Of a DNA stretch of 64,000 nt, positions 1-10,963 are shown in pieces. The notes below the pieces were generated by a model. It made no database searches and was not told where the DNA came from. It saw nothing but the letters and a program-made list of their open reading frames with translations. The translations under genes were made by a program, and so were the position numbers. Origin of the DNA: Xylographa opegraphella (lineage: Eukaryota). Position 1 is the first letter of the stretch, and each line of letters opens with the position of its first letter. The DNA lies in the NCBI GenBank assembly GCA_022813865.1, contig JALDZX010000021.1, positions 186,001-250,000 of the forward strand. The letters run 5' to 3'.

Positions 1-1477
1 AAGTTAAGCTAGAAACTCTTCGATTTCTCATCCGATGCCTCAAAACTACCCGAGTAGCACCTTTAAAGGCTGAGACGAAGTCAATAGCTGATGCTGCTAC
101 GAAGCTTCTGACAGAATCAACAGAGGTGACGAGATCAGGCGGAGCAGAAATATTAGGCACTCTAATGAAGATCATGGGTGAAAGAGCTATGAACCCTTAC
201 CTTGAAGGCCTCGACGAGATTCGAAAGACTAAAATCAAAGAGTACTTTGACGCCGCGGAGGTGAAGGCGAAAGACAAACCGAAACCAGTCGCACCTCCGC
301 CTAAAGTAGCGCCTGCTCCACAAAAGAAGGTGTTTGGCAAGAAAGCTGTGACAGGCGTAAAGAAAGCTCCTCCCCGGGCCGCTACTCCCCAAGAAGATCC
401 TCCGCCTCCTCCGACCACAAAGCCCGCTGCAAGCCGAGGCATTCCATCCAAACTTGGCAGTGTCCCTAGGTCGGGTCTCGCAGCGCCATCAGGCGCTCTC
501 AAGTTACAGAAGAGACTGGTCGGCCCTGCCGGTGCTTCTGTTCCTGTTCTCTCATCACCTCAACGCAACATTCCCACTCCAACCTTTGACGACGAAGCCA
601 TCCCACCCCCCAAGCTCGGCCTTGGCGGCCGAGGCCTCGCAGGACGCCCTCTAGGAAAGCCTGTATCTGCTCAGTCCGAATCCACCGCCCCTCCTCCTGC
701 TATACTTGGTATGAGCGCCATCGAACGAGCCGAACTCGAAGAACTTCGGGCGGAGAAAGAACGCCTGCAGAAACTAATGGAGGACCTCCGCGCCGACAAA
801 TCGCGACACATGTCGCAGATCAACGAGCTGCAGAACCAAAACGCGCAGCTCATCGAAGACCATACCCGAGATGTGCTCAGTATCAAAGCCAAGGAGACCC
901 AGCTCGTGCGCGCCCGCTCGGACGCCGAAGCCGCCGAGCAGACGGTGCAGAAGCAGCAGCGGGAGATGGAGCGCTTGAAGCGGGAGCTGAGTCGCGTGAC
1001 GCGGGCGGAGACGCCTCCTATGGGCATGGACGCCGGAGACCATATCTACCGCGACACGGGCATGGGTATGAACGGGACGAATCACATCGTCAGCGGAGTG
1101 GACCGGTACGAGAGCAGTCGGGCGAGCAGAGAGCTGGGCTATCAGCGCGCGAGGAGCTATATGAGTAGCCCGAGCGAAGAGAAAGAGAACGGGGGATTGG
1201 ACGCGCAGCGGGGCAAGCTGGGTAGTCCGGAGAGCAGAGGTAGAGATGTGAGCGATGGGGCGAGGAGCAGGGGAGACAGTCCAGGCAGGGGCCCGGAGGG
1301 AAGGGATAGCGTGACGGGGCAGCCGATTGAGAGCTGGAGAAGAGCGGCGGAGGTGACGAGTCAGTTGAAGGCGAGGATTGAGCAGATGAAGGTACGTTGT
1401 GGGATGAGAGCAAGTGTTGAGAAGACGTGAGACTGACGAATGTGTAGGCACGACAGGCATTGACAAGACCGCATTGA
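1..1477 (+). CDS. STU2: Microtubule polymerase Stu2/Alp14/XMAP215 (TOG family), 3' part; 5' end lies outside the window
   Basis: Frame open from nt 3 (VKLETLRFLIRCLKTTR...EILGTLMKIMGERAMNPYLEGLDEIRKTKIKEYF, end of a TOG/HEAT array). A basic Pro/Lys linker and coiled coil follow, then ESWRRAAEVTSQLKARIEQMK. Intron 1392-1447 (GTACGT..CTGAC..TAG), last exon ARQALTRPH*. Confidence 0.85.
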
Positions 1478-1784
1478 GATTGCATGGGGAGAGGTGTTCA
1501 TTTACGATGAGCATGAGCTATGAGGTGCTGATCATGATACCAATGGCGCTGGGAGGCGTCAATGAAATTGGTAGCTTCCTCTACGTGAAGCTTTTGGCAA
1601 TGGTCTCATTGTCGGTCGCCCTATTGAGAAAGCCTAGTTTCCATTAAGCACTATAATGTGGTCCCAGAATCATCGTAATGTTAGACGGGTGGACAGTGCT
1701 ACATAAACATAGCTTCCTGCACAGAGTTCCGAATCTCGTGAAGCTCGTCTCCTGCTATTGTGCCATGATTGTCGGTAGTTAGGC

Positions 1785-2949
1785 TCATATCTTGATCGCA
1801 CTTTCCAAAGCCTTGCGCTTCTTCTCCTGTGAGGCAACAGCCTTTGCACCCATTATTCCTCCACCCCAGTGACGCTTAGCTTCCTCGTTCTTTTCACTGT
1901 ATCCTTCTTTGATAGCAGAGACAAGCTTGGAGAATTCCGATTTATCTTCCGAGCGGACTTCAGTCAATGCAAGGACTGCAGCAGTCTGATTCATTGTGAT
2001 CAGCATCCAATCAAGATTTATTAGTATGTAGCGAACCTTTTTATGCACCACGGTCCCAAGTCTGGCTTTGCCCTTGATTATGGCATATGGCACACCCATC
2101 TTCCTGCAAAGCGCTGGCAGAAATATCACCAACTCAATGGGGTCTACATCATTAGGAATCAGCACCAAACCCGCTTTCTTGTTCTCGATCAATCCAACGA
2201 CGTGGTTGAGGCCGTATTTGACAGCGAATGGCTTTTTGCTGACATCCTCCTTCTTCTTGCCTTCCTTGATAGCTGTGGCTTCCTTCAACAGGCGCTCTTT
2301 CTTCTCCGCTTTTGTCTCTGGCCGATACTTATTAAGTAGTTTGAAGGATTGCGCAGCTGTGTTACGATCGAGGACGTTTGTGAACTGGGCAATGGCAGGA
2401 GGTACTTTAAGGCGGAGGTTGAGGATCTTTCGCTGTCGTTGTAGGCGGACGTATTCGGGCCATCTCACCATACGAGATAGGTTTCGCTTGGGTTGGATGT
2501 CTTGGCCAATACCGTGGTTACGAGGGCGTTTCTCAATGAGAGGATTCTATGGAGGAAGCACAGCTCATCAGTACATTCATTGAGATCAAGTAGAACTATA
2601 GCACCAATTGTAAGGTAGAAGGATGGCATCACTTACACGGGCGGGCTTTTTGGAGGCAGCGCCAGCCTTTCCCTGCGGAAAAGGCGCCGGGGCGGCTTTC
2701 TTTCCTTGCTTTGGGGGCTGTCATTGAGAAAAGAAGATCATCAGCGAATCATGTTCACCAAGTTATTTCTTCTTTGAACTCTAAAGAGACCATGAGCTGC
2801 CTTTCTGCAAGCCTCATAACTCAAGCCAATTTCTGCAGCAGTGCCTTAGCAGCTGATGAGACTGTCGCATCGCAGTCCACAAAGGACGGGCCTGCTCGTG
2901 GCCGTATCGTAAATGTTCGGGGTTTGGGAGTGTAGAGATCGCTTACCAT
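1785..2949 (-). CDS. RPL8: 60S ribosomal protein eL8 (L7A/L8, L7Ae family)
   Basis: ATG-only first exon (2949-2947). Introns at about 2946-2718, 2636-2548 and 2036-1986. Product [14 protein letters not shown]...[55 protein letters not shown]...[32 protein letters not shown]...HWGGGIMG. Confidence 0.97.
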
Positions 2950-3388
2950 GGCGATTGTAGCTGGTGATCAAAAACTTATTCAAAGCAGTGGAGGTTTGGA
3001 TGTTATCGGTTGTGGACTTCATGAGACGCTAATATTATAAGCGAGTCACTAGTTTTAGCCTCTCCAAGAGCCCTATCCTCGCTTAGCTTGCTAATCGTTA
3101 ACCAAATCCCACCCAAAACCATTATGTACAATTAAACACCATGCTAGATACTGTGTACCCATGAATGTATATGAGTACTACCTACGAGAATAATTTACAG
3201 TAGTGTCAGCTATGCTAGTCTGCCATCTATGCATTTTCCCTACAGAATGTCAACCTGAGGCAGCATAATTCAGACACTTGTGTGAGAAGTCTGTGCATTG
3301 ACTAAAAAGCAGTTGTTCGGCCTTAGACCTCATTTCAGGTTATATCTTCACCGAAAACGGTAACCAGTCCAGCCAATCGCTTATTCAA

Positions 3389-4341
3389 TTATTTCGCCTT
3401 GATAAAGCGGCCCCATGCGCGTGGGGTCAAGGATGCTGTAGACTCCAACTGATTGTTCGTGAGCTCTACTTTGGACCATTTTCCGGCGCTCTCAAGATAT
3501 TTATCTGTTGGGCGGCCCAGATGGCAGTTGCCTAGAAAAATTGGCCAGACCAAGTTCCAGAACTCTGAATGACTCAATCAGCTCTCAAGCCATCAGGAAT
3601 CGCTGGCTTTACAAGAAAATGGGTTGCCTTACTTTGCATTTGTCTTGTCACCATATCATTGTTCTGAATATGCTCGTAGATGATGAGCTGGCCTCCAGGC
3701 TTAAGAAGCTCATACAATTTCCGCATGGTCTTTTGTGGATGTGGAACAGAGCACAGGACTTGGATACTTATGATGGTGTCGACTGTCCCTGGTGTAATCC
3801 CAAATTTCTCCAATGCCGATTCATCCTCAATGCTCTCCGGGACTATTTGGTAGATGTCGCTCATTCTGTTCTCTTTTATACTCCGACGTAGCGCCGCATG
3901 AAGTGAGATCACCGGCTCCACGCCGTAGATTTTCTCAATCTTAGAGATATCCATCCTCGGAAGCTGGTTGCCACTAGCAGGGCCAAGTTCGACGACGACG
4001 CCGTAAGCACTCGCCACTAAAGCTGGAACAGCACTCTCGTTCTCGTTGGCTGTAAATCCTGGGCCTACACCTACTTAGCTCAGACCGATAGATTTATACG
4101 GTCGATCACCAACCCCATGCGAGCCAGAACTTGGCAAAGGCACGGTCTTTTATTATAGACAAATCGCTAAGAGCACGGAAGTTCATCGTAACCGCAAAGC
4201 TGACGAGGACGAAAAGCCAATCTACAGCAGTCTTAGCTATAAATCAAGCATGAGTTCAATAAGCAGACCATAAAGGCCATGCACGACAAACAAAATAGGT
4301 TCCAGGTACGAGGAGGCGCGGTTCTTCAGTTCCAGGCCCAT
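3389..4341 (-). CDS. SAM-dependent methyltransferase type 11 (METTL7/thiol methyltransferase-like), 4 exons
   Basis: Hydrophobic N-terminus (MGLELKNRASSYLEPILFVVHGLY|DWLF...). Motif I VVVELGPASG, then YGVEP, VDTIISIQVLCSVPHP, LLKPGGQLIIYEH and GNCHLGRPT. Three GT-AG introns. Confidence 0.85.
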
Positions 4342-5319
4342 CTTGCTATTATCAATCAACGAAGCTCAATTGGTAGCGAGGTTAGTCGAGCAATGCACTC
4401 GTACAATGTTCTCTGAGGGATTACGGCGTGCAGGGAGAAGTAATCCCGGAAAATTGCAAAACATTAAGATGCGGAGGAAACCAAGATAATGAACTTTGAT
4501 GCTCTGTCCTTAGTGGCTCACATCAGCACGTGCCAAATAAGAGGCACACATCTTGGCAAACCAAGGTTCCTAGCCAAATATGAGAGTTTAGCAGCGAGAG
4601 GATACGGAATACCGGTCAACGATTTTTGATAGCAGTCGGCGTAGACACGGGAAAGCGCTCCGACGGTTGAATTATCCCCTCAACAGCTGGGAGGCAGAGC
4701 AAACCGACAAGCAAATTTCAATCTAGGTTAGCGTTTGAGAAAATTATTCGTCCCTTACCACTCTAACTCTAACCCCGGTCCTCGGTCCTATCCTGGCTGT
4801 GGTAGGATATGGCCCGTGCGTACCGGAAAGATCGCCGAGCAGGCGCCAATAAATAATTGTAACGCAACAAACCAACATCTTCCTTCATGGCTTGGCGAAC
4901 ACCTCGCCATGCACTCAGTCTGCGGCGCAGGTAAATCTGACAGGAGTTATGCGGCTTGCAGATGGATGGCCCACGCTGCGGCTGCAACTACCGGCGGCTG
5001 CCAATTGAGTCACGATGAAGATGTTTCCAACCTGCTGCAACAGAACGCGGCCGCGTGCGGCACCCTCCAGCTGAATATTGGCTGGCGGCCTAAAGAAATG
5101 CTTTGCACCATCTGATCCTGTACTGCGATGTTGCTGTTCCTTCATATGCCCTTCCCTGCTCACTTTCGTTTTTGTGGGAGTGAGTCTTTTCTTTCGCCCT
5201 AATCTCATGTTTATTTTGTATTCAATCGTACTTCGGAACCATCGGCCGCGAGTTTTATACTGTATCTCTTCTATCATACTTGCAGAATAGCACTCCTATC
5301 ACATTGTTTATCCCTCTTA

Positions 5320-6259
5320 ATGTTCCTGATGAAATCCCTAGTATGGAATATTCTCCATTCCGACGCCTTTTTTGGCTGACATCTTGTAGCTCTACCTTGC
5401 GGCTCTTCCGCTCATTCTCTCCTGCAGCGCCACTCTAGCGTACCTGTCGCCGGAAAAAATTGATACACTCAGATCCCACGGGTCTCAGGGTGCTGCAGTC
5501 GGCTTAAAGCCACTCCTTGTGGCCCGGGACGCTCATGCGGATACCTGCGCCGGAGCTTCTGCTTGCGCCAAAGCAGACCCCCATCTCAGCTCCGATGAAC
5601 GCTATCCGCGTAGAGGGAGGCGTTCCGACCACATGGAAGCTCTCTACCGGCGCGACCCCGACCTATCGGCACGAGACGCCAAAGTCCACGTCAAAAGCCC
5701 TCACCAGATCAAGGAGGAGTTCAAAAAAGCCGGCCACAAGATGAAGGAGGGCTTCGACAAGGCCGGCAAGTGGATCAAGACCAAAGCCGCGCCGTGGCTC
5801 AAGAATCACGCCCTCGAAATCGCGGGCGACGTCGTCTCCGCGCTCCCGGTGCCGGGCGTCCAGGAAGCCGGTCTGGCGATGAAAGCCGCCAGCGTGGCGG
5901 AGAAAGTAGCCTCGGCCGCCAAGAAGGGCGTCAAGGCTGCGAAGAAGGCCGTGAGCGTGAATGACAAGGCGCAGAATGTCCAGACGGCCAAGCAGAAAGC
6001 CAAAGGCCACAAGCGCGATGCCGGAGCCGAGCTCACGCGTCGACTCCTCGGCAACATCTACACTCTTCGCCCGCGCGGCCGCCTCGTCGCTCGGGACGCC
6101 GACATGCTGCCTCGAAGATTCGTCAGCGCCGTCCACGCGACGCTGGCTGACATCCTCGCGCGCGAGGCGGCTGCGGACCCGGCCGCGCTCGCTGATGGTC
6201 GCATCTTCCGGCGGGCGGTCGACTCCATTCTCGAGGTCGCTGACGTACTGATGGAATGA
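5320..6259 (+). CDS. Secreted Kex2-processed prepro-protein with a cationic amphipathic core (orphan)
   Basis: ATG at 5320 (MFLMKSL), intron 5341-5389 (GTATGG..GCTGAC..TAG), then in-frame LYLAALPLILSCSATLA, a signal peptide. This joins ORF 5519-6259. Repeated LVARDA/LYRRDP/LSARDA/HKRDA/LVARDA/LAREA motifs and high GC3. Confidence 0.75.
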
Positions 6260-6550
6260 GGACAGGAGCAAGGATGTCGGTTTTCACAAAAACTTGCAAG
6301 CACGCACTAGGTTTGCACGGGCGTTTAACTTGGGGGGGGGGGGAATAGCTGGAATGAAGACACGTTCCTACGCCCTCGTATTATATCGTTTCAACCAGTT
6401 CACCATACAACGGCTTCATCACACTTGCTAAATTCCCCAACGACGTTCATTGTACTTAACTCCCCTCCTCCGCCACATAGAAACCGCAGACTTAACTATC
6501 TCACGCACGAACACCGCAGCAACTACCCAACCGCCCCCTCTTCCTATACC

Positions 6551-7048
6551 CTAACCATCCCCCACCGCCTGCTCCTCACAGTCCGGCACCTGCCTCCCGG
6601 CCAGCGAATGCAGGACCCAGTCGAAAAGCAGCAGCAGGACGACACAGGAGAGCAGTGCTAGCAGAATGTAGCCGGGCAGGCGGTCGTCGTCCATGCCGTT
6701 GGCGTCGGTGCCGGGGAGACCTATTGCGGGGGATGGGGATGGGTGTAGTAGAGAAGGAGGAATGTTTGGGTTGATGATGATAAGGACGAGTGTGGCGGTG
6801 CGGTTGATGGGGTGGTCGGTAGATGGGGTGGTTGGTTGGGAGAGGTTGGGGGGAATAGGAAGAAAGGGGAAAATTATGGGGGGGGCGGTATAAGATCGCG
6901 AGGAACGGTGGTGGTTATTGTTGTAAGGGACGGTGGTGATCATTGTTGTAACGGACAATGATGATAGAGAACAAGGCCCGCCAGAGGGACAATGGGCGTT
7001 GTGAGACCAAGAATCCGACTGAGGGTTGAGAAAATGACATTCTCTCAC
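6551..7048 (-). CDS. Hypothetical small Pro-rich protein with one C-terminal TM helix
   Basis: ORF ending ...DDDRLPGYILLALLSCVVLLLLFDWVLHSLAGRQ. Its sense strand is C-rich 5' and G-rich 3', as in the real genes here. Start uncertain. Confidence 0.35.
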   Translation of the reverse strand: MRECHFLNPQSDSWSHNAHCPSGGPCSLSSLSVTTMITTVPYNNNHHRSSRSYTAPPIIFPFLPIPPNLSQPTTPSTDHPINRTATLVLIIINPNIPPSLLHPSPSPAIGLPGTDANGMDDDRLPGYILLALLSCVVLLLLFDWVLHSLAGRQVPDCEEQAVGDG

Positions 7049-7295
7049 ACAAAGGGACTAGGGAAATATATACAACAACGGTTGTGACAATAGCTCATTA
7101 CCTTACCGTACGCCTGCCAGACACACTAATGCGCGAGGCATTTAGTCTTGGCGTTCTCCTACCTTAGCTCAAGAACCGATATCGTCCGGTCTTTGCGGCT
7201 CGGAGTAAATATTATTTTAAACATTCGATAAACGTCGTCCCCGAAATCCGACATGGTATCTCGTTGCACGCCCAATGATAATGATCGCGAATGGT

Positions 7296-9018
7296 CTACA
7301 GCACCGGAGCGTCCCAAGCGTCTCGCGCCGCTTTCATCAACGCAGCTTGCTTGAAAGGAAAAGCGATTTCCCGTTCCTTGTAGAAGCCCACATCCTGCAG
7401 ATAGCCCATGAACCTAAAGACACGTTAGCATCATCTCGTGCGCAATCGTCATTGCTTGCCGGACTTCTTATTATCGAGCCGCGGCTCGCAGAAGATTCGC
7501 TCGGTGCGCTGGTCGGCGAGCCAGCAGTAGTGAACCAGAGCGCTCAACCACACTTTGACCCTCTCTTGGCCTCTGAACTCCTCCTCCCCTACCAAGACGT
7601 GGATGCCTCGATCCCAATCGCCGATCTCGGAACCGTTAAGATGCTTGCCCAGTTGATCCTCTTTGACCCAGTAGATCTCAAAGTATCCAAACGGCTTGCC
7701 ATCCCAACATCCGATGACAGGAAAGCTGTGTCTGTTGCTTAAGCTATTCTTCAAGAAGGCTTCTTGCGTGGCGATTGGGCCAGATACACCCCACGCCACG
7801 GAAACGCGTGGGTTATTCATCCAATTGTGTAGTAGGTCAGTATCGCAAGGGTGGATACACATGGTTCCTGGATTTGGCATCCCACTTGAAGCTGCGAGAG
7901 CAGAATTCGGAGGCAAGAAACCAGCGGATGCAGTGCTGACGGGGCCACGATACGTAGTAGACTTGTTTGATAACGATGCGACTCGGAAGGACAGATATTG
8001 ACCAACGCTCGGTGAGTATCGAGTATAGAATGTTTCTCCCTGGCGTGGAGGTTTGGGTCGGATTGGATGACGGACGCCATTGGCCATGATGTATTGTGCT
8101 GGTGGAGGTGGATAGAAAGTCGGTAGATGGCTAGCAGACGTGAAGGGGCCGGGAAGGCCACTCGGACTCGAGGGCGACCACAAGCCGTGAGCAATAGTGT
8201 CTGAATACACTTCCGGTCGTACAGGTACTGTGCCACCTTCTCTGCTGGGGGACCCTGGCCTTGATCCCCCATGAGGAGTACCTGGCGGAAAAGGAGAATT
8301 TATGGTTGGCGACAGAGTGAACAAGAAGATTCGCCCGTCAATCTGCCAGAAGGATCTTTGGCTGACAAACATATTCGTCCATCCATCGCCAGTGCGGTCA
8401 TCCACGTCAATCCCGACGCTCGAATCTTCGCTACTGATCAATCCCATCCGTTCTAGCTTGGAAAGTATGTTTCGTCCCTTGAAGATCCCTTCTCGTTTGA
8501 TATTGATCCGCCATTCCGCCTTGGGCCTTCCCTCCTCAGGAATCTGACTACTTGTCCCGGTGGATATATGCGGATTCGGAGGATGCTTGCGGCAAATCAG
8601 CTCATGTCACTCATATACGGTCCTGGTGAGCTACTTGATGGAAGTACCACCAGAGAGTTGCCCACAGCATCATTGCAATTTGCCGTGAAGGGGAGGCTGC
8701 CGGCTTGAAGTCGGAGCTGCTAGGCTGCGAGATCGAGGATAGGAAGAGTGTATCGTTGCGTAATGTAGGCCTCCGATATCTGTGGGCATGGTGCTGCGGC
8801 CTTCTGTAGGGAGAGTCTTCATCATCTTCGTCTTGCCTGCTGTCGAGATCTGTTTTGCGGTCTTCCTCGCTGTCCTCGGTCTCCAAGTTGACTGTCCAGC
8901 CGGGTGGAAACTCGCCATGATGAGTGTTCAACTCGTTCGCCTTGAAGAATAAACCACCGAATACTGGCGAAACGTTGACGGTTTGCCCATTCGGGAGATG
9001 AACAATGGAGGGCGCCAT
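7296..9018 (-). CDS. sidL: N5-hydroxyornithine acetyltransferase (AlcB/IucB GNAT, SidL-type) for siderophore biosynthesis
   Basis: Starts [13 protein letters not shown]...[12 protein letters not shown], intron about 8634-8586. Then [52 protein letters not shown] and [21 protein letters not shown]. Intron about 7464-7414, last exon [26 protein letters not shown]...PVL*. Confidence 0.85.
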
Positions 9019-9929
9019 TGTGCATCACCAGGACATATCAATCGGGGTAAGGGCTGAAATCTAGATTCCAAGATACAAGACCCAAGCAATTGTTCGAAAT
9101 CGATCAGAGTGTCTAGCTGTTAGGACACTAAATGCCAGTACGGAGTAAGCAACAGAGACATGTGGGAAGCCCTGTAGCTCCCCAAAAGTTAGAATCGGTA
9201 TTTCCAGCTGGCCCGTGCCCTTCCCTTGCACGATCCTGCCGCTAACACAAGCCCTAAGATAACGGCCAGGCACCCCCATACCTCCACCGCTATCGGTCCG
9301 AATATTCATCCATTTCACAACCCTTCATGTGCCCCGTCTACCATCGGACAAGACCAACAGCTCAAAGCACGTCATGCAAGAGCCCAACCTCCAATTCAGA
9401 GTGAGCAGCCGAAAGCGCCGACGGCCTACTGCGTCAGCGCACGGCGTGAACATTCCCGCTCTTCCGAACTCCCCTTTTCCCATGCGCGCCCATGTTCCGG
9501 AGAGATCGAGTGAATGGTGGTGGTTATGAAATGGGGAAGCGGTGTGGTGGATAGATGCCGTAGCACGGCCCGGAAAGGGCGCACCGGAGGATTCGATTGG
9601 GAGGGCCTTGACACGACCCCATGATGGGAGTCAGGGGTGATTGTCGACATCCACAACGTCCCAGCAGCCAGCCTCCAAGGTCTCCAGACAACATGGCAGT
9701 ACGCGGTTGAAAAAGTCCCCGTGCAATGCTCACAATGTATTTTGGTAGCTAAGCCCCATCCGTGAAATCCCGCATGCGTAAAGGCTCCACCACCTGTTTC
9801 ATACCACATATATGCAGACCCCCTGCACCTAGCACCATGCAATCCCCCATCGTTCCATACATCGTAGGAAAGTACAACAACGAAGCCCCCAAAAAAATCC
9901 CTCTCCACCTCTCGTAGCCGCCCTAGCCC

Positions 9930-10963
9930 TCAATCGCTCCTCAACATACTATCGACCAAATCGCCCAAGGGCCCCCAGAAATCCTTCCCGCTCGCGAGCC
10001 CATGCTCATCGATGAAGAGGACGTAGTGCTTGAAACTCGTGTTCAGATGCGGCTCCAGGCCCAGCTGCACGATGACCGGGTAGTGGTGGCAGTAAATGTG
10101 CGCGTAGACGCGATACAGGCGCTTGAAGAGCTGGCGGATGAGGGTGGGGAAAGTTTTGGGGAAGGGGACGCCTGGACGGGGAGCGTGTTAACCGGTGTCC
10201 GATAGGGTGGATGGGGGAGCGTGGGGCGGGGAATGAGACGCACCGATTCTGCTGGGGAACATCTGCTCGTTGTCGATGTTGCCTTGCACCCAGCCCATCA
10301 GGTGCTCGACGTACTGCGGCGCCGGCATCTTGGTTGGGCGCTTGAAGTTCTCTGAGTCTTGCCAGAGGTACTCGAACCTGGTAACGCGCGGCCGGTCAGC
10401 ATGCCCAGGCAACCCCCGATGTGCCTCTTACTCATCTGTAGCTTTCATCTCCGGACATGACTGCGGAGAGCAGAATTCCGTGATCGAGCCGTACAACAAG
10501 TTGATCTGGTTGTAAAAGTCGACCACTAGACCCGACTTAGCGCTTTGCCGTTCCTCGAATCGGAAATGTTTCTGAGGGAGCGCGTACCATTGACGGCGAG
10601 CCACTCGTTCAGATCCTCGCCGTCAGGCAGCTTGACTGCTTTACGCAAGCTGCCACTCCCCAGTGTGGCTTCTGCAAACTGGCGCAACTGATACGAGGAC
10701 GTGCCTTTGTTGACGGCGCGGGGTTTGAACTGATTACGCGTACGGGCGTTGCTGTAGGCAGAGAGGGGTAAGCTTTGTGCCTTCACCTCGGAAGCCGGTC
10801 CGAAAATATGCTGCGAGCGTGCTTTCGCTGTGCTGGAGGGTAGGGGGCTTGGAGAGTCGGGTGTTTGGGGGCGTGGATACGGACAGACAGGGAGAAGGGG
10901 GGAGGCAGGACGCGAGAGTGCGGCGAAGAGGGGAACGAACATTGTGGTTATGAAAGAAGCCAT
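9930..10963 (-). CDS. MOB1: MOB kinase activator Mob1 (SIN/MEN pathway)
   Basis: Spliced product [18 protein letters not shown]...[72 protein letters not shown]...FPSRIG|VPFPK...[16 protein letters not shown]...[14 protein letters not shown]...MLRSD*. Confidence 0.95.

Noticed and set aside
4362..4430. AGCTCAATTGGTAG resembles a tRNA D-arm / A-box
   Set aside because: No GTTCRA T-loop or acceptor-stem pairing follows. It lies just upstream of the methyltransferase start.
5663..6303. Long antisense or alternative-frame ORFs over GC-rich genes (also 774-1514, 18658-19167, 37637-38497)
   Set aside because: These are shadow ORFs caused by high GC3. The recognisable proteins are in other frames.
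7296..9018. Possible siderophore biosynthetic cluster around sidL
   Set aside because: No NRPS, ornithine monooxygenase or siderophore transporter is nearby. SidL-type genes are known to be unclustered.
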